From: Octopus sinensis
Lineage: Eukaryota
Assembly (NCBI RefSeq): GCF_006345805.1
Contig: NC_042997.1
Location: forward strand, 167,958,001 to 168,022,000
DNA: 64,000 nt
Direction of reading: 5' to 3'
The position numbers and the translations under genes were made by a program. Under the pieces are notes generated by a model. That model did no database searches, had not been told where the DNA came from, and was given only the letters and a program-made list of their open reading frames with translations. This document shows, in pieces, positions 24,301-36,300 of this stretch. The first letter of the stretch is position 1, and every line of letters starts with the position of its first letter.

Positions 24301-27300
24301 ACCTTCCAAATTACATACTTCCAGTTCAAACATCTGCTATTCACATTTATCTCAAATATACAGGCTAACCTAGTTCTAATAGCACAAACACAGAACATTT
24401 GTGGACACAAAGTTTTCCAATCTGGAGCTCTTGGTCCTTACCCACACATAAGAAAAAAAAACATTGTAAGTTAGATTGTTAGTTCTAACCATGACTGAAT
24501 TATTTCCTATCCTTCGTATTCAATTTATATACATCTGCACAAACCAAAGTCTATATTGTTTCTATTCAGAAAGTTTCAGCACCACCTTTCATCAAAACAT
24601 GGGTTGGATGGGTTTAAACTCAACAGCTACCAATTTTACAGATTACAAAATAGACAAGCAGAGTAAAATGTCTTGTTCAAGAATATGAAACTCTCCTTGG
24701 AAACTAACACTTTACTTCTTCATCAAGACATTGCCTTTAGTAAACTGAACAGTAATATACCAAACCATATACTCACCAACATTGGATCAAAGTATCCAGA
24801 AGTGACAAATTTGGTTTCATCTCTGGAATAAAGTTCTAGTCCCATGAGTCTTTCTAAAAAGGAAAGTTCTAAACCATGAGATTTGGCATGAGGAGAATGC
24901 AGGATAGGACCAAGTTGCTCTGGATCTCCAGAAAGAATAGTCTGAAAAATAAAATCAAAGCACAAAATGGAAATTGCAGATGTGTTACCAGTGCCGGTGG
25001 CATGTCGAAACTCTACTTGTGAAGACCTGTTGAGGCAAGTGAGGATCAGAATCGAAATCGATCAATGGAAATTGCAGATGTGTTACCAGTGCCGGTGGCA
25101 TGTAAGAGAACCTTCCGTTTCACAACCGTTGCCAGCACCGCCCCGACTGGCCTCGTGCCGATGGCACGTAAAAAGCACCATCCGTTCGTGTCCGTTGCCA
25201 GCCTCGCCTGGCCCTCGTGCCGGTGGCACATAAAAAGCACCATCCGTTCGTGGCCGTTTGCCAGCTCTGTCTGGCACCTGTGCGGGTGGCACGTAAAAAG
25301 CACCCACTACACTCTCGGAGTGGTTGGCGTTAGGAAGGGCATCCAGCCGTAGAAACACTGCCAGATTTGACTGGGCCTGATGAAGCCTTCTGGCTTCACA
25401 GACCCCAGTAGAACCGTCCAACCCATGCTAGCATGGAAAACGGACGCTAAACGATGATGATGATGAAAACTCTCAATAATCACTTTAGCTTGAATAGAAA
25501 GCTAAAATAATTATAGATTAATAGTCATTTTTCCAGATTGTCAATATTTGGACAGTTCTTCAGACATATATCTTGCAACACTTTCTCACTCACAATACAG
25601 TATCCATTCACATTTTTAGCCCATAAAGTCGCCAGATATTTAGTTTTGTCATTTCAATTACACACATCTCTCATGATCACATCAAATAACCAATCAATCA
25701 TGCTCGTCATTACAAAGAAAAGTTGTGATAAACACTTTTTTTTGTTTCAGTCATTAGACTGTGACTATACTAGAGGTTTTAGTTGATTATGTCAACCCCA
25801 GTACTGTCTAATGCTTATCTTTGATCAACCTCAAAAGGATGAAAGGCAAAGTCAACTTAGATGAGTACGGACAGAAATCAAATACCACAAGGTATTTTTA
25901 TATCCAACTAACAGCCATATTTGATTATTTGACATGAAAGTTGTGGCTCAGATATGTTTTGTTAAATCTCAGTATTCTAATTAAAGCTATAAAAAAAGAA
26001 TTTAAGAAGCTTACATGAATAACTAATATTACATAATAAATAACTTTGGTATATGTAATTAGGTATATATAACAGCAAGAAAAAGCTAACTTGTAGTTTT
26101 CAATATCTAAATATTTGAAAACAAATTCTGCCTTGTAGTCAATCAATCAGCCCTAAACTATTTTCACTGGTTCAACATAAACCAAAAACCCTTAAATTGT
26201 TTCTATGACTGCTATACAGTCAACTAATCACCACTCACCTGTCCATCTGTTCCAGCTACAAGTCCAACTGGTATTAAACATTCTGGTTCTGTTGCTTGTC
26301 CAGCCTAGTAAAAGAAAGAAACAAAGGAGTTATTGCAAAACTATATCTAATGAAACAGATTTTCAATCCAGTTTTCTATGCTAGTATAGGAGGATGTAAA
26401 TTTTGATATTTCCTTGTGAATTATTAGGGTTGATATTCTTACAAAGAGTCAAAGCTGATTGAATGCTGGACAACTGTGTGGTATTGTGTCCATGACCAAG
26501 ATGGTTAACTGTTGACAGACCACTCCACTTAGCTCTAGCTGGAATGATTCATTATTATATATAGAACAGTAAAATTAATGAGTATTTCATTGAGCTCACA
26601 TCCTTCTATGAAATGGTATTACTGAAGCATCAATGCAGTAAATTTAACCACTACCATTCCTGAGTAGAGTCAACATGTTTTACAGTTGGATATTCCTACT
26701 ACTAGCTTCAACAAATTTCAGCTCAGCAACTTTGAAGTGAGAGCATGTGTTTATCTGAAGGAAATAATATGACTGAAGCAAGATTTGACTAATCGTGACT
26801 AATCAGTGAGCTAGCTAACCTACAGCCTCTAACCATCCATCATAAACAATACTCGTTCCTCAATGAATACTTTGTTACAATTTGTAGAATAACATCTTCA
26901 CTTAATTGTTTTGGTATAGAAACCATCTTTTAATTTTAGACTTAAAAGATTAGATGTCAGGAATGTCATCTAGTTACAAAAATTAAATGCTTGTACTTTA
27001 TATTCATGAAAATGTATCATCTCTTCACAAGTCATTGGGTCCCTAAGGATCATTTTCAAGGCAGTATCAGGAGAATAAGTCAGCCATCCCTTTGCAGGCT
27101 TCTGACAACAACCAGAAATCCTATGTACAAGTTATAAGTAAAATGAAATGAAACAGCTCAATTAAAAAGTGAATAATCATCTCCTGACTTGGCCTAACAG
27201 GAGCTTTTTACCATTCTATTGCACATATACAGTAAAACTACAGTTTAACTCATACAAAAACAGAATCTTAAAAGAATTAGAGATAAAAAAAGAGAAAAGC

Positions 27301-30300
27301 TCTCACCTCATCAATAAAAACATGAGTAAAATGACCAGGCTTTAATCCATAAGTATACAAAATGCCAGAATTCACACAAGTAGAGATAATAATTCGATAA
27401 TGTACAACAATATCAAGATTGTTTCCAGAAGAACAATATGGCCGAATTTTATCTGGTATATTCTGGAAAAGAGAGAAAATAGGCACCATTAATGATTCAT
27501 GTTTATTTTACAATCTGATAATTAAGGTTAACAAAACACCAAGAATACCAAAAAAGTTTTATTGTGATCTAGACACTATCCTGCACTCTATAGGTTTTAA
27601 TTTGCTAGGTAACTATCTTTAGCTACTATAGAAATGCTACAAATTGGAAAAATTTAAGAGCTAAAACTTTTTAATATTACCATTCTCAGTATTGTGTCAT
27701 GGCAGATGCTTCACCCTTTCATTCAAATCACTTCAAACTGTATTTGCCAATGTAAAACTTCCATTATCCATAAACAGATCGCTAGTCTACTTACATTGTT
27801 GTTAGAGGTTCTTTAGTCCAAATAACTTTGATGCAAGTAAATCTATATCATTTCCATATAGATGCAACTGTAGTCATTCCTTAAAACATCAAACGAAGCG
27901 CTTACCAAGTTTTAGTGTGATAACATTTCCTAGCTCTAGACACCATGTGTCTAGAGTTTGGAAATATCACATGGTAATTACAGTACACAACTCTAAAATA
28001 CAAATATAACACTTGCCTACAAGCTTTACAAAATATATACTTTACCCCATCTAAAAGGACCCAACACTTTACAGAACATTGAAAGAGTCTCTATGAAGTT
28101 GCAATTTCACTTATAACAATGGCCAATCACACCCTAACATCTTAAAAAAGGAAGGGTACATTGGACAATGATATGCAATACATTGATATACAATAGAAAA
28201 CAGAGAAGTGACAATTGAAATCCCTTTGGTCATAGGTATGCTTGATCAGAAGTTGAGCAACTGAACACCTTAGTTTGTACAGACCACTGACCCCAACCTT
28301 GCAAGATACATGCATACCTTACTTTAACAAAGTCTAAAGTCAATTCTAGACTGCTCACTATAAATGAATCTCACTTAAAGGCTCCTCTCCAGACACCATT
28401 TCATCCATTTTCAGCAATCCTAATTTGTAATTTAGTAGTTACTTACATCTTCATTCCTCTGGAAAGCATTCAGCCGTACCATGTCAGTTAACTTCAAAAC
28501 ACCACTTTTGTGAAGCCTTTCAGCCTGCAAGAGAAATATTGATTAGCAACAGGTTAATAGCAATAACTTGTTCAAACTGTACAGACTGTTAGGAAAAGCA
28601 CACTATTGCAGCTAACACCAAAGAGGAAAGAATTACATTAGTTTGATAATTCCTAGCAAAACTAAATATTCTGAGATTTCTTCATTTTACATTAGCTTTC
28701 TATGCTGGTATAGGTTGTACGAGTCATCATAGTCCAAATCATTTCTAATTCAGCGTCACTGCCCTCCCAGGAAGATCAGAGGACCTTATCTCACTTGTAC
28801 ATTTTATTTTTGGTTTGGTTTCTACGACTGGCGTCGGTGGCACGTGTAAAAAGATTTGAGCAAGGTCATTGCCAGTACCGTCTGACTGGCCCCCATGCAG
28901 ATGGCACATAAAAAGCACCCACAACACTCTCGGAATGGTTGGCGTTAGGAAGGGCATCCAGCTGTAGAAACTCTGCCAGATCAAGACTGGAGCCTGGTGC
29001 AGCCATCTGGTTGGCAGCCCTCAGTCAAAACCGTCCAACCCATGCTAGCATGGAAAATAGATGTTAAACGATGATGATGATACTCTGCATAATACCAACC
29101 ATTTTACGGAGTGTATAGAGTACATTTTACCATGGCACCAGCACACAGGAGATTATCATGTCCTTGATATCACTACAAGGTCCCCTCAGTCCAATGACTT
29201 CATTATCCATTTGCCAACTGCTTTCCAAAATATACTCACTGCATTTTTATTGTGGCATCAGGACTAGTGAGATTGTTTTGTATCCCATATAACTAAAGAG
29301 TTATTTTTTCATAACCAAGACAATAAATAGAAGAGAGGGCAATGACAAAAGAACTAAGATGGGTAAAAGAATAAGAGTGTGACGGTAGAAACAGAATAAT
29401 GGTTAGAAATAGAGGTGGACAATGTTAAGAGAAAGTGATACATGTGAATAGCAAATGGTTTCAGGAAGAGGAGTGATGACTGACAGAACAGAATATTCAA
29501 TGCAACCCTTTATACAGAGTCCCAATGATAGGTAAGAGAGATAGAGTGTGTAATAAGAATGGTGATGGAGGGTATTGTGTAGGAATAGGTTCGATACCAT
29601 CCCTCATTACAAGAGTGACATGGTGCAGTGAATAGGAAAGAGGCTGACTATCAGAGAGATAAGAGGATCAAGCAGCATGGAACAGGAGATCCACTGCCAT
29701 CCTTAGTTGTACAGGGAGCATAATAGTGTGAATAGAAGAACATGAGTAAAGAGCGGGAAGAGGGTATCAAAGAGACAGCTGAGGCAGCAGGCATAAACTT
29801 AACAGAGAAATACAGGGTAAGAGAATTAAAAGTTAGATTATATGCCTCAGCTTTCATTATTACCACTATTTTTAACATTTGTTTTGTTATGCTTGCACTA
29901 ACAGGTGATTGATGGAAGAACTTGGTAGCTGGCATGTAATCATTGCAGTGTAGGTGTGTTGTATGGGGCTGCAGTGTGACTATCTATATATATATCATAT
30001 AGTTTTGACGTTCTACAGTTGTTCTGAGAGACAAAACTAGCTATATGAGCAAGGTGTTCTAACAAGAGATACATATGAACAGGATGTTTACAAATGGGCG
30101 CAGGAGTGGCTGTGTGGTAAGTAGCTTGCATACCAACCACATGGTTCCGGGTTCAGTCCCACTGTATGGCACCTTGGGCAAGTGTCTTCTACTATAGCCT
30201 CGAGTGACCAAAGCCTTGAGTGGATTTGGTAGATGGAAACTGAGAGAAGCCTGTCATATCATTGGGTGTGTGTGTGTGTGTGTATGTTTGTGTGTCTGTG

Positions 30301-33300
30301 TTTGTCCTCCCAACATCTCTTGACAATCAATGGTGGTGTGTTTACGTCCCTGTAACTTAGTGGTTCGGCATAAGAGACCGATGGAATAAGTACTAGGATT
30401 ACAAAGAATAAGCCCTTGGGTCGATTTGCTTGACTAAAGGTGGTGCTCCAGCATGGCCACGGTCAAATGACTGAAACAAGTAAAAGAGTAAATATTTACT
30501 GACAGAAAGTGAGCATAAAATCATAATTTCTATGATAGCTAATGATCTCTGTTGCAGATAACAGAACAGAGTTAACCCTATATCAAAGCAGAAAAACATT
30601 ATGCTAGTATCATATTATATCTGAGAACAAATCATATTATAAAAGCAATGGAGACATAGTATTCAATATGAAAACAAATCCTCTACCTAAAAAATACCAC
30701 TTACCAGGAGGTCAGCAGCACTATTGGATGGTGCACAAGCCAGAATACGACTGCCAGGAAGTTTGGTTAAGATTTGAAGGATAGTTTCAACAAGAGTTAT
30801 TGTCTTCCCAGTACCTACAAAGAACAAAATTTGATATATTTAAACAAATAAATACTGCTCTCTTTGTAAAGCCAGACACATTGTTCCCAAGTGACAAAAT
30901 CAAAACAATAACATCAACTATAGGAAGAACAGTCTAAAATAAAAGCAACTATATAAAGAAATAAGAAATGTATGTTAAGCCAATCTTTGATTCTATTACA
31001 AAAGACACAGCCTAATAGAACAAAACAAAATCCTTGTGTATCTAAATTTGCATCTTTGCAAGCAAAAAGTAGCCATAACTGAAAACAGTCAAGCATCTCA
31101 AGTCTAAATAATGTGGGCTTTGCTTTTGTTAATGGTTTCTAATCTAAAAGAAATGCCATAATGAAATAATAAAAATCATAATGTTCTCAATGTTGTTAGT
31201 AATATTAGTTAACTGATGGAGCTGATCCAGGGAATATTTGCGTAGAAAAAAGAACTATACTGACTCTTTATAGAAAGCACTTATTCTCAAGCCAGCTAAA
31301 GTACTGTTCCTAGATTTAATTTCATACAACATACCCACACTAGTAGAAGCTCATTGGTTAACTGGAAATGAGTCAAGTCATCTGAAAATTGCTTCTCTCC
31401 TCTGACTTCACGAAAAGCAAAAAGAAAACTATATATAAAATCATTAACATACAAAAGATGTGCAAAATGAACACAATATTACTTCACTACACTAGAAGTA
31501 CTATTATCGGTGTCAGATACCAACTAAATACAGCAACAAACTTGGTCTTCATGTACACATTCACTTCTCAATGGTCTCTCCAACACTACAGATGATCTTC
31601 AAGGAATAGAGAAATGTGTTTATGTGTTTTATTTTCAAATCTGCTGTGCAACATACCAGATATATCAACAGTCTATTTGGGAGAACAGAAGTGAGCTGTG
31701 ATCCCAAATCTCGTAATCTACCAAATACTAGCATGCAGCCTACAATTGTAGCGAGAACAATTGTAGTACATCAACCTAGAGGCTGAATTCAATAAAATAG
31801 AGTACATGAGCACGTAGAGACAGAAACATAAACAAGGTTTAATGAAATTCAAAATTTTACCTGGTGGTCCAAACAAAATATAAGGCATCGGGCGACACTG
31901 GCCAAGAAGAATCCGTTTGACCGCAGACATTTGCCTGTCATTGAGTTGTCTGTTAAAAAACTGCAGAGTGAGTTGAGAAGAAATATCCACTCGAGAAGCT
32001 GATTTGGTTGGGGTCAAATAACTTGACTCAGTAGCTTGGTCTGATGATGGATTGTACAGTGGTGGTTGATTTTCAACAGTTGTAGGAAACAGCACTGAAA
32101 GAGGAAACAAGATGAGTTTCAGGTTCAAGATCTACCAATGATTAATGTGGAGGCACATGGCCTAGTGGTTAGAGCAGCGGACTCGCGGTCTAGGGATCGT
32201 GGGTTCGACTCTCAGACAGGGTGATGTGTGTGTTTATGAGCGAAACACCTAAGCTCCATGCGGCTCCGGCAGAAGATAATGGCGAACTTCTGGTGCCTCT
32301 TTCGCCACAACTTTCTCTCACTCTTTCCTCCTGCATCTTGCAGCTCACCTGCGACGGACCGGCGTCCCATCCAGTTTGGGAACCTATACGCCAAGGAAAC
32401 CGGCCCTTATGAGCCAGGCATGGCTCCAGAAGGATTGATTAATGTACAATCACTTTCATGCAAGTTACATTACTTGTTACTTTTTATCTGGCAAAGCAAT
32501 AAGTATTACTACTAGTTGGAAGGTAGGAAGTCAATTTTGAAAATAAAAACACTTGCAACATAACTTAAGCATTAATGAAAGAAAAAAGCAATAATAATGA
32601 ATATAAAACATTCAGTCTGATATCTGCAACCTTCTTGGAGACCACATGTGATAAGGCATGTCCTCAATCTCGTGTGGAGCACATCCACAATATCTTGTGA
32701 ACCATTTCTTGGAACCCACATGATAATGACAAAATACACCTACATCCACATGTGGGCCACATATGACAAGGAACACCAGCTCTTGTGGAGCACACATAAA
32801 GCATATCTATAACCTCGAGGGCCACATGTGACATGACATCCATAGCTCCCCCACACACATACTATCCCTTCATTATGCATTGTATCTAGATGTCAGAGTA
32901 CACTTGAGACTATCCTATTTTAATCTTAAGCTGTTTAAAGACCCCTCTTACTGGATAAAATACAACTCTATTGCAAGTTTAATCTGCCAAATAATTTGAA
33001 CTCAATGTTGTACTATTATAAAATGCTCTTGCTGATTACAGCAGTAACTAGTTTTTACATAGTACCTCAGATGCATAAGGCTGCAACAAGTGCAACACCA
33101 ATAATGGTACATGAGCCATTTATAAACTCTTGTAACTCAGTTGGAAATAATTCTTAGAAGTAAAAATTGTACAAATAATTTCTTTTATAATTTTGTTATT
33201 AAAAAATAAACAAAAATATTAACATATTTACCATTTCTTCCAAGATTAGGGGCATACTCAGCAGCTTGGTGAAATCGTCTTAAAGGAGTCCTGTAACACA

Positions 33301-36300
33301 ACAACAAAAACAATCTCTTTCAATATAGAAGAAATTTTAACTGAAGTCTTAAATATTTGCTGATGTGATTCATCCTCCTCGTCATTGCTTTAACATTTGT
33401 TTTTAATAATTGACATGGGTTGGATGACTCAGTTATTTAGCCTATCACCACTCAAAGTCCTTTGCTGCATTATCTGTGAAGCTCAGCATTCCGCAATCAA
33501 ACTTCATTACTTCTTTCTGCTTTCTTTGACCTTTCTCTAGCATAAGTACTTTCCATTAGCAGCATAAGGTACTCATTGTCTATTCATATCACGTAACTGA
33601 TAGTGGTAGTTCTTCCAAAAATCAGAAGTTGCTTAACCACATTTTAATGTTATCTTTAGCTAGCCTTCATACAAGTTAATATGACACCTATTAAGAAAAA
33701 CTCTTTAGAATGAGAACAAAAATAGAAACTGCCCAAATGAATGTATACAGTTTTTGAGAAAAATCAATGCTTGACAGAAGGCTTGAACTGTTTCAGCTGC
33801 AAAACCTTTCGTCATTATTCATACCACTAGAATCCATTTGGACTAATACAAGAATAAATTTGGGGGAAAAAAAAATTAAGATTCAAATCATTTTAATGCA
33901 AAGAGGAAAAAGATCATCTCTTTCAGTATATGGATTCCAAAGTTTCTTTTTCAGTGGTTATAGTAACAAAAATTCACCTAAAGTGCACTGATTTGACTCA
34001 CTGGAACTAGTGTTAATCACAACTCTAGTCAACCTCTGACTGAAATCATGCTAGCAATAAGTATTTTACTAAATATTTTAAAATTTTAAAAATTAATAAT
34101 TTTTTTTTATAAAACTGAGCTGAGAATGTGAATGATCTAAACATTGCCATATGATAGATTTAGCCCAATGGGATGTATGTTTGATACCCCTGGTCTCAAG
34201 AAACCAAAAACAAATTGACATTCTGCTTGCTTAAAAAATAATTTGTGCATTAAAATTGAAGGATACTAATGATTTCTTCACAATGCACAAGCACTATATC
34301 TCCAAACATAGCTGGAGAATATCAGGAGTGAAATGAAATAGAAGTGAACTAATGAACTACTGTAAAGTTTTCATTAGTTAATTTCAGAAATAAAGAAGCA
34401 CTTAAGGAGCACATGGAAAAACACTAAGAAAATAGTTTACCTGTTGAATGTGAACCGGACATCATAATCTTCCCCAAGATATTTACTGTGGAACTCGGCA
34501 TTAAACTTTAGGTATACTTCATCACTGTGCACCTAGAAATGGAACAGTCAGAAGAAATACATTAGTTCTGTCAATCGACATATTACTGTTAGACACTTTG
34601 AAGGAGGAATGCTAAATATAAAAACATTATCAAAGAAGAAAGAATAATTTGTTTTTTTAAAATTTTCTTCCATCAAAATTTAGTACAATATTCAGATTTA
34701 CATGATTAACAGTGTTTTTTGTAGTTGAAGTGCTGTTGCAGTACCATTGAAGTCTTCTTGTTTTTATTCAATGTATATAGGTTAAGACAAATTGGCAGAA
34801 ACCATACCTAAAATTTGTAGCTCAAAAAAATAAAAGTTTCCTCATCTAAAGAGCTATCAATGTTTATATGTATGAAATATATCTTCTCATAACATTTCCA
34901 ATATAAGGAAAAGAGTGTAGTGGGTGCGTTTTACATGCCACCAGCACTGACATTGGCCATGCTTGAATGGTACTTTTTACATACCACTGGCACGGGTGCC
35001 AGTCAGGCAGCACTGGCATCGGCCATGACTACAATTTCACTCAAATCAACAGGTCTTCACAAGCATGGCATATCACCCAACGATTGAAGGGTGCTTTTAA
35101 ACAGGTCAGTTATGCGACACTGCCATAGGCCAATCTCACTTGGCTTGCCGGGTCTTCTCAAGCACAGCACGTCTCTTGGTCACTTGTCATTGCCTCAGTG
35201 AGGCCCAACGTTCAAAGGTTGTGCTTCACCACATCATACAATGTCTTCTTGGGTCTACCGCTTCCACAGGTTCCCTCCACTGTTAGGGTGTGTCACTTCT
35301 TCACACAGCTGTCCTCATCCATATGCATCACATGACCATACCAGAGCAGCTGACTCTCTTACATTTGATGCTTCTTATCTCCAACTTTTCACTTAGGACA
35401 CTTATACTCTGTTGTGCATGCACACTGACATTGCACATCCAGTGGAGCATACTAGCTTCATTTCTTTCAAGCCTACACATGTGTAGTCGCAGCCTATGTT
35501 TCATACAGGCACCTCACAGTCTACTTTTTTTTGACTCTGAACGAGAGGCCCTTTGTTACTAGAAGTAGGAGCTCTCTGAACTTTGCCCAGGCTATTCTTA
35601 TTCTAGCAGCTATGCTCTCAGAGCATCCACCCCGAATACTGACTCGGTCACCTAGGTAACAGAAGCAATCAACTACTTCTAGTTTTTCCCCCTGACATGT
35701 GATGGAATTGGTTTTCTGTACATTTTCAGTGTTTATTGCACCTGTGCATCTTCCACACACAAAAACTATCTTCCTTTGATATTGCAGTACCTCTTATGTG
35801 TCAATAGCTTACACTGGGTATGTCTTATGGAGTTTCTACCTACACCTTTTCTACAGATTGAGAAAGACCATCTACCTGAAGGGATTTGTGATTTGTCCAC
35901 CTTCCTATTTACTAAAACTTTGGTTTTTGCAAGGTTAACTCTAAGGCCTTTCAATTTTAGATCTTGCTTCACCTGAAACTTCTCTAGTTCTGGTAGTGAT
36001 TTAGCTATTAGGGGAAGGTCCTCAGCATAGACGAGCTCCCAGGGACAACCTGTCTTGAATTCTTCTGTTATCGCCTATGATGAACAAGAGGGGGCTGAGG
36101 ACTAATCCTTGGTGAAACCCCTACTGTGTGTGAGTGTGTTAAAAAGGACATTAAGAAGCACCCACCTCGTGAACAATTCCTTCAAATATAGGACCTCCTT
36201 CTGCACCAGGGGTTGACAGATAGACCCTGTCGCCAACAAGCACTGATGGTCTGCCTTCTGCTAAACCTGGAACCTTCAAAGATAGGTACTCTCCAACAAT

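Noticed and set aside
25150-25310. CRISPR-like repeat-spacer array
   Set aside because: Eukaryotic intron, the spacers are related to one another, the array lies inside a retroelement, and there are no cas genes.
25377-25400. CTGATGA followed by an AGCC/GGCT hairpin as another hammerhead
   Set aside because: No GAAA follows, and the sister copy near 63717 reads CTGGTGCAGCC, so this is chance mutation in the RTE-related element.
24967-25421. Cluster of overlapping 85-112 aa ORFs on both strands
   Set aside because: GC-rich repeat modules of a retroelement 3' UTR; no protein motif, and similar ORFs appear at 28745 and 63456.
31718-32128. 136-aa ORF as a stand-alone gene
   Set aside because: Only 32094-31861 is a MOV10L1 exon; the flanks are intron read-through.
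32149-32225. tRNA gene (also similar heads at 8868-8941, 44540-44611, 56248-56315)
   Set aside because: A and B boxes are present but the acceptor stem is not closed and each continues into a SINE body, in two cases with clear TSDs.
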